DNA of 37,924 bases. Origin: Chthonomonadales bacterium. Lineage in GTDB: Bacteria; Armatimonadota; Chthonomonadetes; Chthonomonadales; Chthonomonadaceae. Within the stretch, counting starts at the first letter, position 1, and each line of letters opens with the position of its first letter. The notes beneath the pieces are model-generated. The model did no database searches, was not told the DNA's origin, and was given only the letters and a program-made list of their open reading frames with translations. Shown one piece after another: positions 36,823-37,924 of this stretch. A program made the translations under genes and the position numbers. Where the stretch lies: contig JBBQPO010000020.1 in NCBI GenBank assembly GCA_038217285.1, forward strand, positions 1-37,924. Reading direction: 5' to 3'.

Positions 36823-37548
36823 TTACGGGCAGGGATATTCAGGATGCCCGGTCGGACATCCACACCGCGGGCACCACAGCGGACATGGCAGGCCTTCCCC
36901 GGTCCCGTACGCGGTCTGTTCGCAACCATCACAGGTCCACGTTCTGTTTGCGCTACTCACATCAGCAGGCCACGTTTCCCACGCCAGGTCTCCTGCCGCC
37001 AGATACTCTTTCGGGGTATGTTGCGATATGTATGCCAGAAAACGCGAAACATATTGGACCTGGCGGGGGCTGGGACCCAGGCCCGCCACGCCGTACAGTC
37101 CTTCCAGCGCCCTGTCGATGTCGCTGAGCGCTTGCGGCGGCGTTTGCCCCTCCGAATCCTCAGGATGCCGTATAGCGATCCAGACACGATAACATGCCAG
37201 GATCAATCCGGTGCGGCCCCGTCCGTGATGGCAGTGAACCGCAACGCTCGTCGTAACCCCTTGCTGCGTACGAAACGCGTGGATCAGCGCGCACAAGCGG
37301 GCGACAAACCTGATATGGTCGGGGGCGGGCACGTCGCAGTCATCGATGGGGAGATGGGCCAGACGTAGGCCTGATACGGCCTTGTAGTCCATCTTCGTCC
37401 CTTCTACCAGGGAAATGACGAGTCCTATCCCGGTTTGAGGCACGCGTTCCAGCGTCTCGGTTTCCGGATAAGCCATGCCCGCGAGTCCTCCTCGTGCAGG
37501 CGTTGGCGGGAGCATCCAGTAAAAATTAGGAAGTATTGCTGATGCCAT
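36823..37548 (-). CDS. dual-specificity/protein-tyrosine phosphatase with Cys-rich C-terminus
   Basis: PIDD acid loop and HCHHGRGRTG (CX5R); C-terminal CDGC...CP..CPRCGC; GAGG RBS. Confidence 0.88.
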   Translation of the reverse strand: MASAILPNFYWMLPPTPARGGLAGMAYPETETLERVPQTGIGLVISLVEGTKMDYKAVSGLRLAHLPIDDCDVPAPDHIRFVARLCALIHAFRTQQGVTTSVAVHCHHGRGRTGLILACYRVWIAIRHPEDSEGQTPPQALSDIDRALEGLYGVAGLGPSPRQVQYVSRFLAYISQHTPKEYLAAGDLAWETWPADVSSANRTWTCDGCEQTAYGTGEGLPCPLWCPRCGCPTGHPEYPCP

Positions 37549-37786
37549 GACTTTTACCTCGTGAATTTGATGCCTGAATCCAGGGTCACAGTCGCTAGAC
37601 CAGAAGACAAGGCAGCCAATATGAAACTCACTTAATTTACCTGTCCGGGAACAGGGTTTATTTCAATTCGTCGAACATGTTCTTCTGCTGTCGGCGTTTC
37701 TCGTACCGCATCAGGTGGCGCCTGCCCATTGATCCATGCTTATGGGGGTGGCAGGGGTAGACCCTGCGTTGTGGAGATCGACAGAC

Positions 37787-37882
37787 TGCAAAATCGCGTT
37801 CAAAATGAACGGCGATTCCGTTTCAAAATGAACACTGATTCCGTTTGAATTTGAACACCGATTCCGTTTGAATTTGAACACC
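37787..37882. mobile_element. IS21-family terminal region
   Basis: Begins TG, followed by four tandem 23-bp units of consensus GATTCCGTTT(C/G)AA(AA/TT)TGAACACC at 37791, 37814, 37837, 37860. Confidence 0.75.
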
Positions 37883-37924
37883 ATCGGAAACCTCTTCTGA
37901 GCAGACTAGCGAGCAACGCGGGAT

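Noticed and set aside
37791-37882. 23-bp repeats as a CRISPR array
   Set aside because: Units are contiguous with no spacers and follow a TG terminus, which fits IS21 transposase-binding repeats

Overview
A GC-rich accessory region that looks like one composite integrative/mobilizable element, bounded by an ISL3 end on the left and an IS21-type end on the right. From left to right it contains: (1) a replication module with a lambda-O-like initiator carrying four internal 23-bp-spaced iterons, a second HTH Rep-like gene, a YdjM-like hydrolase and an Mrr-like nuclease; (2) a tandemly duplicated unit of an HTH-CxxCGCxGC regulator divergent from a small ORF plus large serine recombinase, one copy degenerate; (3) an XRE + ImmA/IrrE (CapH/CapP-like) pair divergent from a 6A-MBL-type defence operon (MBL hydrolase ending in Gly plus an E2-E1-JAB fusion); (4) a LuxI/FeeM-like GNAT, a kinase-less 7TM receptor with a nonsense mutation, and a divergent XRE; (5) an OB-HD (YhaM-like) nuclease fused to a LexA-type S24 autopeptidase; (6) a gene interrupted by an IS that is itself interrupted by an 80-bp MITE; (7) a co-oriented run of small genes resembling a conjugative leading region (DUF932, SWIM, stand-alone MutS_I); and (8) an oriT region, HTH-RHH accessory gene, MOBF relaxase, coupling protein, excisionase and tyrosine integrase. 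No mating-pore or phage structural genes are seen. The strongest hidden signal is a palindrome, GTTGC-N6-GCAAC, found nine times in intergenic DNA and 27-28 nt upstream of a -10-like hexamer each time. This suggests an element-wide activator regulon, and one of its promoters appears to drive a ~110-nt structured antisense RNA upstream of rep. All family assignments come from motif recognition by eye, not database searches.
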